A DNA stretch of 64,000 nt from positions 12,425 to 76,424 of the forward strand of contig JAQWZU010000056.1 in NCBI GenBank assembly GCA_029253285.1, in the 5' to 3' direction. The stretch comes from Akkermansiaceae bacterium. GTDB taxonomy: Bacteria; Verrucomicrobiota; Verrucomicrobiia; Verrucomicrobiales; Akkermansiaceae. Position numbers and translations under genes: made by a program. Positions within the stretch are counted from its first letter, which is position 1. The number at the start of each line of letters is the position of its first letter. The notes beneath the pieces are model-generated. The model did not search any database, had not been told where the DNA came from, and worked only from the letters and a program-made list of their open reading frames with translations. Of the stretch, positions 25,351-34,304 are shown piece by piece.

Positions 25351-26498
25351 CCTTCTATCACAGTGGCGATTTTCTCCGCGGCATCAGGCACCGCGAGCGA
25401 TTTCATAGCAGCCGACATCGTCTCGATGATCTCCCCATTGAGACTGGTCAGCATATCCCGAATGCCTTCTTCGTTTAATTCATCCTGCTGCTTGAGAACC
25501 GCAGCATTCGCTTCTTCATAGACTTTGGCATTCGCGGTCTGATGATCATCGGCGGCAAAAGGATAAGGCACTAACAAGGCAGGTAAGCCCACCCGACTCA
25601 ACTCGGTCAAGGAAGATGCTCCCGAGCGGGCCACACAGAAATCCGCCGCCGCATAGGCCGACGGCATTTGGTCACAAAATGCCAAAACCCTGTATCCTTC
25701 CCGATCTCCCACCTGCGCCTTCACTCGGTCAAAATCCGCCTGCCCTGCTAAATGCAGCACCTGCCAATCAGTCCCCTTGCTTCCCGTCGCCACCAGCTCG
25801 TTGAGATTCTGCGCTCCCTGACTTCCACCCATCACGAGCAAAGTCTTTTTCTTGGGATTGAGATCAAAAACATGACAAGCCGCATGCCGACTCGGCAAAG
25901 TTTCCAGTTCATCGCGCACTGGCGTCCCGGTAATTCTCGTTTCGACTTTCGGGAAATGCTCCGCCGCGACTTCCAGCCCCAGCAACACCTCGGTGCAGCA
26001 CTCGGCTGTCATTAAATTAGAACGACCCGGCACCGCATTGGAATCGTGCACATAAGTTCGCACGCCCAATTTCGACCCCGCATACACCGGCGGAAAAGAA
26101 GTAAAGCCGCCCATTCCCAAAACAACATCAGCATTCTCCCGCTGAATAATGGCCCGACATTGCTTGATCGTCTTCCGCAGCCCGAAGAGGAAGGGAATCA
26201 TTCTCAGCGAAAAAGTCGGTGGTTTGGCAATCGCTTTCACCGTCTCGAAGTTCAGGTTGGAATATTTCTCGGAAGCCTGGGCATCGACCTTCTTTTCTGA
26301 AATCAACAGGAGGACCTCGTGCCCCCTCGATTTCAGCTCCTGTGCGACTGCGATTCCGGGAAAGAGATGCCCTCCAGTTCCTCCGCAGGCGATAATGATG
26401 TTTAAAGGATTAGACACGTTGGAAAACTTGAGAATGAAAGGTTGGTGCAGATGTTCAACCGCGAAATATAAGAAAGCTTCGCTTCCAGGGATTGACAC
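25347..26498 (-). CDS. murG: UDP-N-acetylglucosamine--LPS/lipid I N-acetylglucosamine transferase MurG
   Basis: It carries IIACGGTGGHLFPGIAVAQEL and MGGSQGAQ motifs, and its stop overlaps the murC/B ATG by 4 nt. The true start is uncertain: the ATG at 26498 adds about 27 unusual residues, and a GTG at 26417 would give (M)SNPLNIIIACGG. Confidence 0.9.
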   Translation of the reverse strand: MSIPGSEAFLYFAVEHLHQPFILKFSNVSNPLNIIIACGGTGGHLFPGIAVAQELKSRGHEVLLLISEKKVDAQASEKYSNLNFETVKAIAKPPTFSLRMIPFLFGLRKTIKQCRAIIQRENADVVLGMGGFTSFPPVYAGSKLGVRTYVHDSNAVPGRSNLMTAECCTEVLLGLEVAAEHFPKVETRITGTPVRDELETLPSRHAACHVFDLNPKKKTLLVMGGSQGAQNLNELVATGSKGTDWQVLHLAGQADFDRVKAQVGDREGYRVLAFCDQMPSAYAAADFCVARSGASSLTELSRVGLPALLVPYPFAADDHQTANAKVYEEANAAVLKQQDELNEEGIRDMLTSLNGEIIETMSAAMKSLAVPDAAEKIATVIEG

Positions 26499-26707
26499 AG
26501 CGTCTTTGCTCAGGCATCACGCGCCCCGTGAGCAAAAAGATCCAAATTGTTGTCATTCGACGAGCCGCCCTGTGGCTGGCCTCGGCGCGTGTGCAGTGAT
26601 TGATTGTTGATCGTTGAACTCGGAGGCGCTCGGCAAGTGACGCTTCCTTGAGCAAATTCTCACCCATCGGAACGTCGCGACCTGGTCCTCTTTTTCCCAG
26701 GCCATTC

Positions 26708-27055
26708 ATGAAATCGACTACCCAAACATCCGAAGTAAGAGGCAACGCCCTCATGCTGAACTCCATTGTGTTCTTCGCCTCGAACATCTTTGTAGTCCGC
26801 ACACTCGCGCCCGCATATCCAGGCTGCACCGGATGGCAGGCCCCGCTCTTTCGGGGTTTGGCAGGAATCATCTTCGTCGCTTTTTCCTGCGAATTCGGGC
26901 AGGGCGTGCAATGGAAGCCCCTCTTCAAAAGCCCGCTCATGGTCTTGCGGGGGATCCTCGGAGACAGCCTCAATCTCGGCGCAACCTACATGGTCAATCG
27001 TCAGACTTCCAAAATCAGCCCACCCATGGCATCACCTCATCCAACAAACTCATGA
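26708..27055 (+). pseudogene. truncated EamA/DMT-family transporter remnant (N-terminal ~3 TM segments only)
   Basis: MKSTTQTSEVRGNALMLNSIVFFASNIFVVRTL ... PLFRGLAGIIFVAFS ... MVLRGILGDSL resembles the first EamA repeat. The frame ends after about 115 aa, inside the argD start, whereas a complete family member is usually close to 300 aa. Confidence 0.35.
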
Positions 27056-28266
27056 CAACGTCAGAAAAAACCGAGCAGTACCTTCTTCAAACATATGGAC
27101 GGTTTCCCCTCACCATCGTGCGGGGCAGCGGAACCAAGGTGTGGGACGACCGCGGACGTGAGTATCTCGACTTCTGTGCCGGCATCGCCACCTGCTCGAT
27201 CGGCCACTGCCATCCGGCTCTTTCAAAAGCGATCGCCGACCAAGCGCAGACGCTCATGCACTGCTCGAATCTCTATGCCGGAGACAATCAAGCCGACCTC
27301 GCCGAGCTTCTTGTCGAAGGCATTATCGGCGAGCCCGGAAAGGTCTTCTTTTCCAACTCCGGCGCGGAAGCCAACGACGGCCTGATCAAACTCGCACGGA
27401 GATTTGGAGCCGAAAGCGACCGACACGAAATCATCACCTTCAGCAAAGGTTTCCACGGTCGAACCATCGGAGCAATGTCTGCCACTGCACAGGGAAAAAT
27501 CCACGGCGGCTTCGGACCACTTTTCCCTGGCTTCGTTTATTCCGATTTTAATGACCTCGCGGCCGCCAAAGCCGCCATCACCGACAAAACGGCAGCCTTC
27601 CTTGTCGAACCCATCCAGGGCGAAGGCGGAGTGAATGTCGCCACCAAGGAATTTCTCGAAGGTCTCGCCGCCCTGGCTAAAGAGCACAACCTTCTCCTTC
27701 TCTTGGATGAAGTCCAAACCGGCTTCGGGCGGACCGGCGAAATCAACGGCTGGGAACCCATCGCTCCCGACATCCAACCCGACGCCGTCTCCTGGGCCAA
27801 AGGAATGGGCGGCGGGTTCCCCATTGGAGGCTTTTGGGTTTCGGATAAGCACGCCCCCCTCCTCGGCCCCGGCAGTCACGGCTCTACCTACGGCGGCAAC
27901 GCCCTCGCCTGCGCCGCCTCCCTCGCAGTCGTGCAAACGATCATCTCGGAAAACCTCATCGAGAACGTCAAAAAAAGAGAAACCCAAATCCGTGAAACCA
28001 TCGCGGCCTGGAATCATCCCGCCATCACTGGCGTCAAAGGCCACGGTCTCCTCCTCGGAGCCAAACTCGACGAGAGCAAGCTTAGGATCCCGGAAGGAAA
28101 GGTGCCCTCGATCTACCTCACCAGCGCCCTCATCGAAGCAGGGTCCCTCCACGCCCCCGCCGGCCCCGACGTCGTCCGCCTCATCCCACCGCTTAACGTC
28201 ACCGCGGAGGAAGTCGATCAGATGCTCGAGATCTTCAAGTCAGTCTTGGACAACCATCTAAAGTAG
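27052..28266 (+). CDS. argD: acetylornithine/class-III PLP aminotransferase
   Basis: The start is set at the ATG at 27052 (MTTSEKTEQYLLQTYGRFPLTIVRGSGTKVWDDRGREYLDF). Further blocks are FSNSGAEANDGLIKLAR and LLLDEVQTGFGRTGE. The ORF-track extension upstream is rejected. Confidence 0.85.
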   Translation: MTTSEKTEQYLLQTYGRFPLTIVRGSGTKVWDDRGREYLDFCAGIATCSIGHCHPALSKAIADQAQTLMHCSNLYAGDNQADLAELLVEGIIGEPGKVFFSNSGAEANDGLIKLARRFGAESDRHEIITFSKGFHGRTIGAMSATAQGKIHGGFGPLFPGFVYSDFNDLAAAKAAITDKTAAFLVEPIQGEGGVNVATKEFLEGLAALAKEHNLLLLLDEVQTGFGRTGEINGWEPIAPDIQPDAVSWAKGMGGGFPIGGFWVSDKHAPLLGPGSHGSTYGGNALACAASLAVVQTIISENLIENVKKRETQIRETIAAWNHPAITGVKGHGLLLGAKLDESKLRIPEGKVPSIYLTSALIEAGSLHAPAGPDVVRLIPPLNVTAEEVDQMLEIFKSVLDNHLK

Positions 28267-28286
28267 CGGAAAGCTCCAACTTTTAA

Positions 28287-28880
28287 CTACTTTGCTCCAC
28301 CGTTGTAGATCGCCCCGCCAGCCCGCAGGTAATTCTGCAGCGGCTTGATCGCCGCTTCGCGTTCGATGTCCCGGAAAACCGTGATCCCGCGCTTTTCCAA
28401 CTCCTCCGGCCAGGTATCTAGCTTCGGACCTTCGTCAAATCCGACCTTTTCGGCATCTGAAGTCCGGGCCCCGCACACCACGCTTTTCACCCCGGACCAG
28501 GGAATCGCTCCCAGACACATCGAACAGGGCTCGACACTGGTCACAAGTTGCAAATTAGATCTCACCGATTTACTCAGGTCATGGGTTTTCAAGATGTTCT
28601 GCGCAAAAGACAACGCGAGAATCTCGGCATGAGAAATAGAGTATCCTGATTCCACCACCCGATTCACTCCGAGAGAAACCAGCTCACCTGTATCAGAATC
28701 AAACACCGCCGCACCGAACGGGCCGCCGGATTTCCGGGAAACATTCTCGTCCGCCAACTTAATCGCCAAAGCCATACGGGATTCGATGGTCGGAAATATT
28801 TCGCTCAGCGAGCTTTCAAAATCACCGATCCAATTCGGAAGGTTTACCCGAACACTGAGAGTATGAGAAAGAGGGTTCAT
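28287..28880 (-). CDS. CMP/dCMP-type zinc deaminase (nucleoside/guanine deaminase-like)
   Basis: It has the HAE ... PCxxC signature (SHAEILALS, VEPCSMCLGAI). Confidence 0.75.
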   Translation of the reverse strand: MNPLSHTLSVRVNLPNWIGDFESSLSEIFPTIESRMALAIKLADENVSRKSGGPFGAAVFDSDTGELVSLGVNRVVESGYSISHAEILALSFAQNILKTHDLSKSVRSNLQLVTSVEPCSMCLGAIPWSGVKSVVCGARTSDAEKVGFDEGPKLDTWPEELEKRGITVFRDIEREAAIKPLQNYLRAGGAIYNGGAK

Positions 28881-28999
28881 TCAATAAAGAGACTTGGCTT
28901 CCCTGAAACCTAACCTACTCGGCTCCCCAAAGACACCTTTACTCCCGAATTTTCCATCATTGATTCCCCGGGGATGAATTTGCAGACTCCTCCGCTTTC

Positions 29000-31606
29000 A
29001 TGAAAAAATCTTGCCTCCTGACCCTCGTCACGGTCATCGCCATTCCCGCTCTGGGACAACTCTCAAAGGACGGCTCCCAACGAAAAGCTCCACCCAAGGG
29101 CTGGACCAAGTTCGAATGGACTCAAAAGAAAGATATCCTCCTTAAACATTTCGCTCCGACCACCGAAGAGCTCGCCGCCATCGAAAAGGCCCTCCCCACC
29201 AGACCCTCGGTCGAACCGAAAAACCCCCGCCGCATTCTCCTCTTCTACAAATGCGACTACCCGCGCAGCTCGATCGCCACCGGTATCACGGCTTTTGAAA
29301 AAATGGGCCAGGCCACCAAAGCCTTCACAGTCGACAGCACCGACGACCCCGAAAAGTTCTCCGCGCAAAACCTCGCCCAATACGACGCCATCCTTCTCAA
29401 TAACTCCGCTGGCTACGAAACCTTCCTCAACAAGACCCAACGTCAGTCTCTTCTCGATTTCGTTAAATCCGGCAAAGGTCTTATCGGTATCCACGCAGCT
29501 GCCGATGCCTGCAAGGAGTGGAAACCCGGGGCCGATCTCATGGGCGGCGTCTTCGAATGCCACCCTTGGACCTCCAAAGGAACTTGGGCTCTCAAAGTAG
29601 AATCTCCTCTTCATCCGCTCAACACGGCCTTCGACGAAACGGGCGACTTCATCAACGACGAGATTTATCACTACCGCGACGATTCTTTTTCCACCGACAG
29701 ATCCCGCGTCCTCCTCAGTCTCGACATGGAACAGCCACGCAATTTTTCAGGCAACGGACTCCAACAAAAAAATGCCGGGGTCATTGCAAAAGAAAACGAC
29801 TATCCCGTCGCCTGGCTCCACCAACATGGCAAAGGCCGCGTCTTCTATTCCAATCTCGGCCACAACCATTCGACCTACTGGAATCCCAAAGTCCTGCAAC
29901 ACTTTCTCGACGGTATCCAATACGCCCTCGGCGATCTCGAAGCCGACGCCACGCCTTCCGGGAAACTTTCCCTCACCACCATCGCCCCCGCTCCGGCCAA
30001 GCGCATCGTCTTCCTCGCCGGCCGACCATCCCATAAATCTGGCCATCACGAATTCCGCGCCGGCTGCCTCCTTCTCGCCAAAGCACTCAACACCCAGAGC
30101 GACCTTCCTGTGAAGGCCGAGGTTATTTCCGGCTGGCCTAAAGACGACACGGTGCTCGATGATGCCGCCGCCCTTGTCATCTACTGCGATTCCGACTCCA
30201 TCCACCGCGAGCAATACAAACGCCTCATGGAACTCCACGAAGAAGGATCCGGCATCTTCTTTATGCACTACGGCGTGCATCCCAAGAAACCTGAAGACGG
30301 CAAAAATTATTACCTCCCCACCGTCGGTGGCTTCATGGAATCCGGCTTCTCGGTAAATCCAAAATGGGCTGCTGATCTCAACGTAACCTCCGATCATCCT
30401 GTCCAACGCGGTTGCGAAGAACCCGTTCCCGTCTACGACGAATGGTATTACTCCCTTCGCTTCGCAAAAAACGCGATCCCTCTCGTCACCGCCATCCCCA
30501 CCAAAGACAACATGGTTGCGGGATCCAATCTCTGGAACGAGAATGCTACCAAGAACTATGGCAAACCTCAAAACCTCGTCTGGGGATTTGAGAACTTCGA
30601 CGGCACCCGCGGCGGCGGCTTCACCGGCGGGCACTACCACCGCAACTGGACTATCGACGGCTACCGAAAGATGATCCTCAACACCATCGCTTGGATTGCC
30701 GGCATGGATGTTCCTGAAGGCGGCGTAAAGTCCGAAAAAATCACCGAGGAACAAATCAACGCCAATCTCGATCAAAAGAAAAACATGACGCACATCAAGC
30801 TCCCCTTGAAAACCGCCATGGACTACCGCCTCGCCGAACTCCGCTCCCGCGCCGAGAGAGAGAAAGCCGCCAAAGACAAAAAATCACCACCAAAAGAAAA
30901 GCCCGCATCCATTGACGAACCACTCTCCATCACTCCTTGGCGTCTGCTTTTAGACAAAGACCTCGTCCAGTGGGAAAAGTGGCTCGGTGTTCCCGGTGAA
31001 AACAAAGCTCCACTCGGCCTCAACAATGATCCGCTCAAGGTCTTCTCAGTCATCGAAGAAAACGGCAAACCAATCCTCAAGATTTCTGGTCAGATCGATG
31101 GCGCTCTCACCACAAAAAAAGAATTCGAGAACTACCACCTCTCACTCCAGTTCAAATGGGGCGAAAAGAAATGGGAACCCCGCCTCAAATCAAAGCGCAA
31201 CTCCGGCCTCCTTCTGCACAGTGTCGGCAACCACGGAACGATCCTATCCGCCTGGAAAAAATCTCTTGAATATCAAATCCAGGAAGGTTCGGCAGGCAGA
31301 TTTAATTCGACCGTCGGGACAACGACCGGCTCCAACACCACAAAGCACGAACTCCACGAAAAGCCCCACGGCGAATGGAATACTATCGACGTCTACACCA
31401 TCGCCAACCAGATGATTTTCCTCATCAATGGTAAGATTAGCCATATTCTTCAAAAAACTCGCGAGGTGACACAGCACGGGCTCACTCCCCTCAACAGGGG
31501 CCAGATCCAACTCCAATCCGAAGGTTCCGAGATCTTCTTCCGCGACATCAAGATCCGCAACCTCCCCGAATTCCCTCCGGCGATCAAAGCAGTCATCACA
31601 AAGTGA
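29000..31606 (+). CDS. secreted multidomain protein: ThuA-like domain, second ThuA/GATase1-like domain, and C-terminal DUF1080 (3-keto-disaccharide hydrolase-like) domain
   Basis: 868 aa with a signal peptide. ThuA blocks are RILLFYK ... YDAILLNN ... GKGLIGIHAA ... GKGRVFYSNLGH. The second domain reads RIVFLAGRPSHKSGHHEF ... ALVIYCDSD. The DUF1080-like tail reads LVQWEKW ... NSGLLLHS ... GQIQLQSEGSEIFFRDIKIRNL. Confidence 0.7.
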   Translation: MKKSCLLTLVTVIAIPALGQLSKDGSQRKAPPKGWTKFEWTQKKDILLKHFAPTTEELAAIEKALPTRPSVEPKNPRRILLFYKCDYPRSSIATGITAFEKMGQATKAFTVDSTDDPEKFSAQNLAQYDAILLNNSAGYETFLNKTQRQSLLDFVKSGKGLIGIHAAADACKEWKPGADLMGGVFECHPWTSKGTWALKVESPLHPLNTAFDETGDFINDEIYHYRDDSFSTDRSRVLLSLDMEQPRNFSGNGLQQKNAGVIAKENDYPVAWLHQHGKGRVFYSNLGHNHSTYWNPKVLQHFLDGIQYALGDLEADATPSGKLSLTTIAPAPAKRIVFLAGRPSHKSGHHEFRAGCLLLAKALNTQSDLPVKAEVISGWPKDDTVLDDAAALVIYCDSDSIHREQYKRLMELHEEGSGIFFMHYGVHPKKPEDGKNYYLPTVGGFMESGFSVNPKWAADLNVTSDHPVQRGCEEPVPVYDEWYYSLRFAKNAIPLVTAIPTKDNMVAGSNLWNENATKNYGKPQNLVWGFENFDGTRGGGFTGGHYHRNWTIDGYRKMILNTIAWIAGMDVPEGGVKSEKITEEQINANLDQKKNMTHIKLPLKTAMDYRLAELRSRAEREKAAKDKKSPPKEKPASIDEPLSITPWRLLLDKDLVQWEKWLGVPGENKAPLGLNNDPLKVFSVIEENGKPILKISGQIDGALTTKKEFENYHLSLQFKWGEKKWEPRLKSKRNSGLLLHSVGNHGTILSAWKKSLEYQIQEGSAGRFNSTVGTTTGSNTTKHELHEKPHGEWNTIDVYTIANQMIFLINGKISHILQKTREVTQHGLTPLNRGQIQLQSEGSEIFFRDIKIRNLPEFPPAIKAVITK

Positions 31607-31681
31607 CCGAAAGTTTTACTTTAGGGACCCGCAAGCAGGCCGCAGGGAACCTTGGCTCCGCACCAAAATTGAAGATTTCAG

Positions 31682-34150
31682 CTACTTTTTCTTCGGCGGC
31701 ATGAAGCTCCCCGCTCCGGGCGTAAAGTCCCACGGATCGGTCTTCTCTCCGAATTTCTCTAGGAACGCACCCGAAGAAAACGCGAGGAAGAAATTCTCAT
31801 CGCCCTTCGCATGCCGCGTCCGCGCATACAACGCCTTCATCTCCGGCAACACCGACTTTGCGGATTCCCCCATCAACTCAATCGCCCGACACGCCCGCAG
31901 AGCGACCGCCCAAGTCGAATTGTCCAACTCGTCCACCAGAACCTTGAGGGCGTTGGGACGAGAGGCTTTTCTCTGAGCCAATAAGGCCGCCGCCTCGATT
32001 CGAACATCAGCAGTAGAATCATTGCGCAATTCTCTCATCAACTTCTTCACTGGCTCACCTATTTCCCGATCACGTAAAGCAATCACACCCCAAAACCTTT
32101 TTGCCGGATCATCTGACGTCAAAGCCTTCACGCCAACCTCGACTCCTCCTCCAACCGAGTCAGCCACTTTCCAAATTCCAGCCAGATCTGGGCGATTTTT
32201 TGACTTCCCTGCCACAATATCTCCAATTGGCATTCCCTCGCGCTTCACCCAATCGGCCATCACCCCTTCGGGTAAACATCCAACATCTCCAGTTTCCCCG
32301 CGGAGACGTCGCAAGGCCCTCCGAGCATCACCCAAAGCCTTGCCTTCTTTTGAAGTCATTTTCTGATCTAGAATATTCCGGATATTCTCCGGATCAGCCT
32401 CACAGTCATAAAACTCTTCAGCCTTCCTCGACGACAGCAAATAATGCGCCTGTCCCGCGGACAATTTCATCCCTCTTTCTTGATACCGATACATCTCCTG
32501 CCGAATCTCGCCCAAATCCGAAAACACCGACCGCTGATTCCACGAATAGTGCGGATGGTAATTCCGAATATACAACCACCGGCCATTTCTGACCGACCGC
32601 GAACAATCGAACACTTCATCAACCCGGTCCCGCGCGCCATAAACCCATTCCCTTTCTTTCCCTTTACCAATCACGCGACTCTTCGACATCACCTTGGGCA
32701 CCTCCAAACCCGCCAAACTCAACACCGTCGGCGCAAAGTCCACAAAGCTCACCAGACAATCCGTCTTCTCTCCTACCTTCGGCGCACCAGCCACCAAATG
32801 CCGCCACTTCTTTGGTATCCGAATCATCAGTGGCACCCGCATTCCCGAGTCAGTCAGTAACCTCTTATGCCGAGGCATCCCCGAACCATGGTCGGAATAA
32901 AAAAAGACAATCGTATCCTCCGCCAAACCATCTTCCTTCAACTCTCCGAGAATACGCCCCACGTTCTTATCCATCACGGTGACGCAATCATGATACCGCG
33001 CCAGCCCTTTCCGCACGACCGGAGTATCGGGATAGTACAACGGAACCCTGACTTCCTTCGGGTCATGAATCTCACCCGGCGAAAGCTTCGACTGCACTTC
33101 TCTCTGAAACACCTCATGCGGCCAAACCATCGTGCGTGATTGGTGCGAGGTCATGTCGTTAAAAATTGCAAAAAACGGCTGCCCGTCCTTCTTCCCCCGC
33201 CAATGCGCTTTGGCGCTGGAATCATCCCAACACGCCTCGATCAAACGCCCCGCATCCGCCGAGTTGTAATCGGTCTTCACATTGTTCGTGGTGTAATATC
33301 CCGCCTCCCGCAAATACTCCGGAAAGCCCCGCGTTCCCTTCGGCAGCGGAAAGGCCGAACGCATCTGCCCCGTCCCCGTCGTGGTTGGATACATCCCCGT
33401 GATCAAACACGAGCGCGACGGTGAACACACCGGATAGGCCGCGAAGACATGGGTGTATAAAATACTCTCCTTTGCAAAAGCATCGAGGTTCGGCGTGATG
33501 GCATCCTTATCACCATAACAACCCAGCGTCGGACTCATATCCTCGGCCACGATCCACAAAATATTCGGCCGTTCCACTTTCGTCGTCTTCGCCGCGATCT
33601 CCCGTGCCCGGATTTTGCGAAACTTCACCACGCCGCCTTTGCCATGATGCTGAATGCAAAAATAGCCCTTCAACTGCTTCCCATCCTTCAGATCCGAAAC
33701 CAACTCCCCATTCACCCAAGTCCGAATCCGCTCCCCTTCGGCCATCACGCGGAAGTGATTCCACTCGCCCTCTTTCAGCACTCCCTTCTCCTTGCTCAGC
33801 CAACCACCCAGTCCAATACCATAAACTCCTCCGGGAACCTTCCGGTCGATCTCGATCTGATACCCCTTCGGTTTCCCTTTCTCCCCCTGACACCGAAAGG
33901 CCAGGCCCGAATTAAACCCCTCATATTCCGGCAGCTTCACCTCCAGTTCCGCCTCGAAATCCCCCAACTTCAATTCAGTGCTCACCCAGACATTCACCTT
34001 CGACAACAAATGCAACTCGCCATTCTTCGCCTCGAACTGCTCCACCTTCGCCCGCGGGGTCCAGCCTTTCGTCGATTTCCCATCGAATAACTCCACCCAC
34101 TCGCCCTGCACCAAACCCATTCCCATCAACAAGATCGCCAAGAATTTCAT
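31682..34150 (-). CDS. secreted DUF1080 - sulfatase - HEAT-repeat fusion protein
   Basis: The start is set at the ATG at 34150 (MKFLAILLMGMGLVQG, a signal peptide). The DUF1080-like N-domain reads WVELFDGKSTKGW ... GYFCIQHHGKGGVVKFRKIRARE. The sulfatase core reads PNILWIVAEDMS ... CSPSRSCLITGMYP (the formylglycine C-x-P-x-R motif). The C-terminus has HEAT-like repeats. Confidence 0.8.
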   Translation of the reverse strand: MKFLAILLMGMGLVQGEWVELFDGKSTKGWTPRAKVEQFEAKNGELHLLSKVNVWVSTELKLGDFEAELEVKLPEYEGFNSGLAFRCQGEKGKPKGYQIEIDRKVPGGVYGIGLGGWLSKEKGVLKEGEWNHFRVMAEGERIRTWVNGELVSDLKDGKQLKGYFCIQHHGKGGVVKFRKIRAREIAAKTTKVERPNILWIVAEDMSPTLGCYGDKDAITPNLDAFAKESILYTHVFAAYPVCSPSRSCLITGMYPTTTGTGQMRSAFPLPKGTRGFPEYLREAGYYTTNNVKTDYNSADAGRLIEACWDDSSAKAHWRGKKDGQPFFAIFNDMTSHQSRTMVWPHEVFQREVQSKLSPGEIHDPKEVRVPLYYPDTPVVRKGLARYHDCVTVMDKNVGRILGELKEDGLAEDTIVFFYSDHGSGMPRHKRLLTDSGMRVPLMIRIPKKWRHLVAGAPKVGEKTDCLVSFVDFAPTVLSLAGLEVPKVMSKSRVIGKGKEREWVYGARDRVDEVFDCSRSVRNGRWLYIRNYHPHYSWNQRSVFSDLGEIRQEMYRYQERGMKLSAGQAHYLLSSRKAEEFYDCEADPENIRNILDQKMTSKEGKALGDARRALRRLRGETGDVGCLPEGVMADWVKREGMPIGDIVAGKSKNRPDLAGIWKVADSVGGGVEVGVKALTSDDPAKRFWGVIALRDREIGEPVKKLMRELRNDSTADVRIEAAALLAQRKASRPNALKVLVDELDNSTWAVALRACRAIELMGESAKSVLPEMKALYARTRHAKGDENFFLAFSSGAFLEKFGEKTDPWDFTPGAGSFMPPKKK

Positions 34151-34304
34151 GCCCCATCCCACACCATTCCGACCCACACCTCCAAGCTATAAATCAACCT
34201 CAATCTCCCCTACCTGAAAAGCCGCCAATAATCCTTGGCAAGGCAGACTCCCTGCATAGTCTCCGGAATCCACGCGGGGAATCTCACCTCCCCGCTTCCA
34301 CCTG

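Noticed and set aside
26455-26973. 172-aa minus-strand ORF upstream of murG.
   Set aside because: It has no recognisable domain. It overlaps the murG 5' end in another frame and lies antisense to the EamA-like remnant. Its R/P/C-rich composition is not protein-like.
27223-28152. 309-aa minus-strand ORF opposite argD.
   Set aside because: Antisense to a clear class-III aminotransferase. Shadow ORF.
29747-30793. 348-aa minus-strand ORF opposite the ThuA-DUF1080 gene.
   Set aside because: Antisense shadow ORF with a low-complexity translation.
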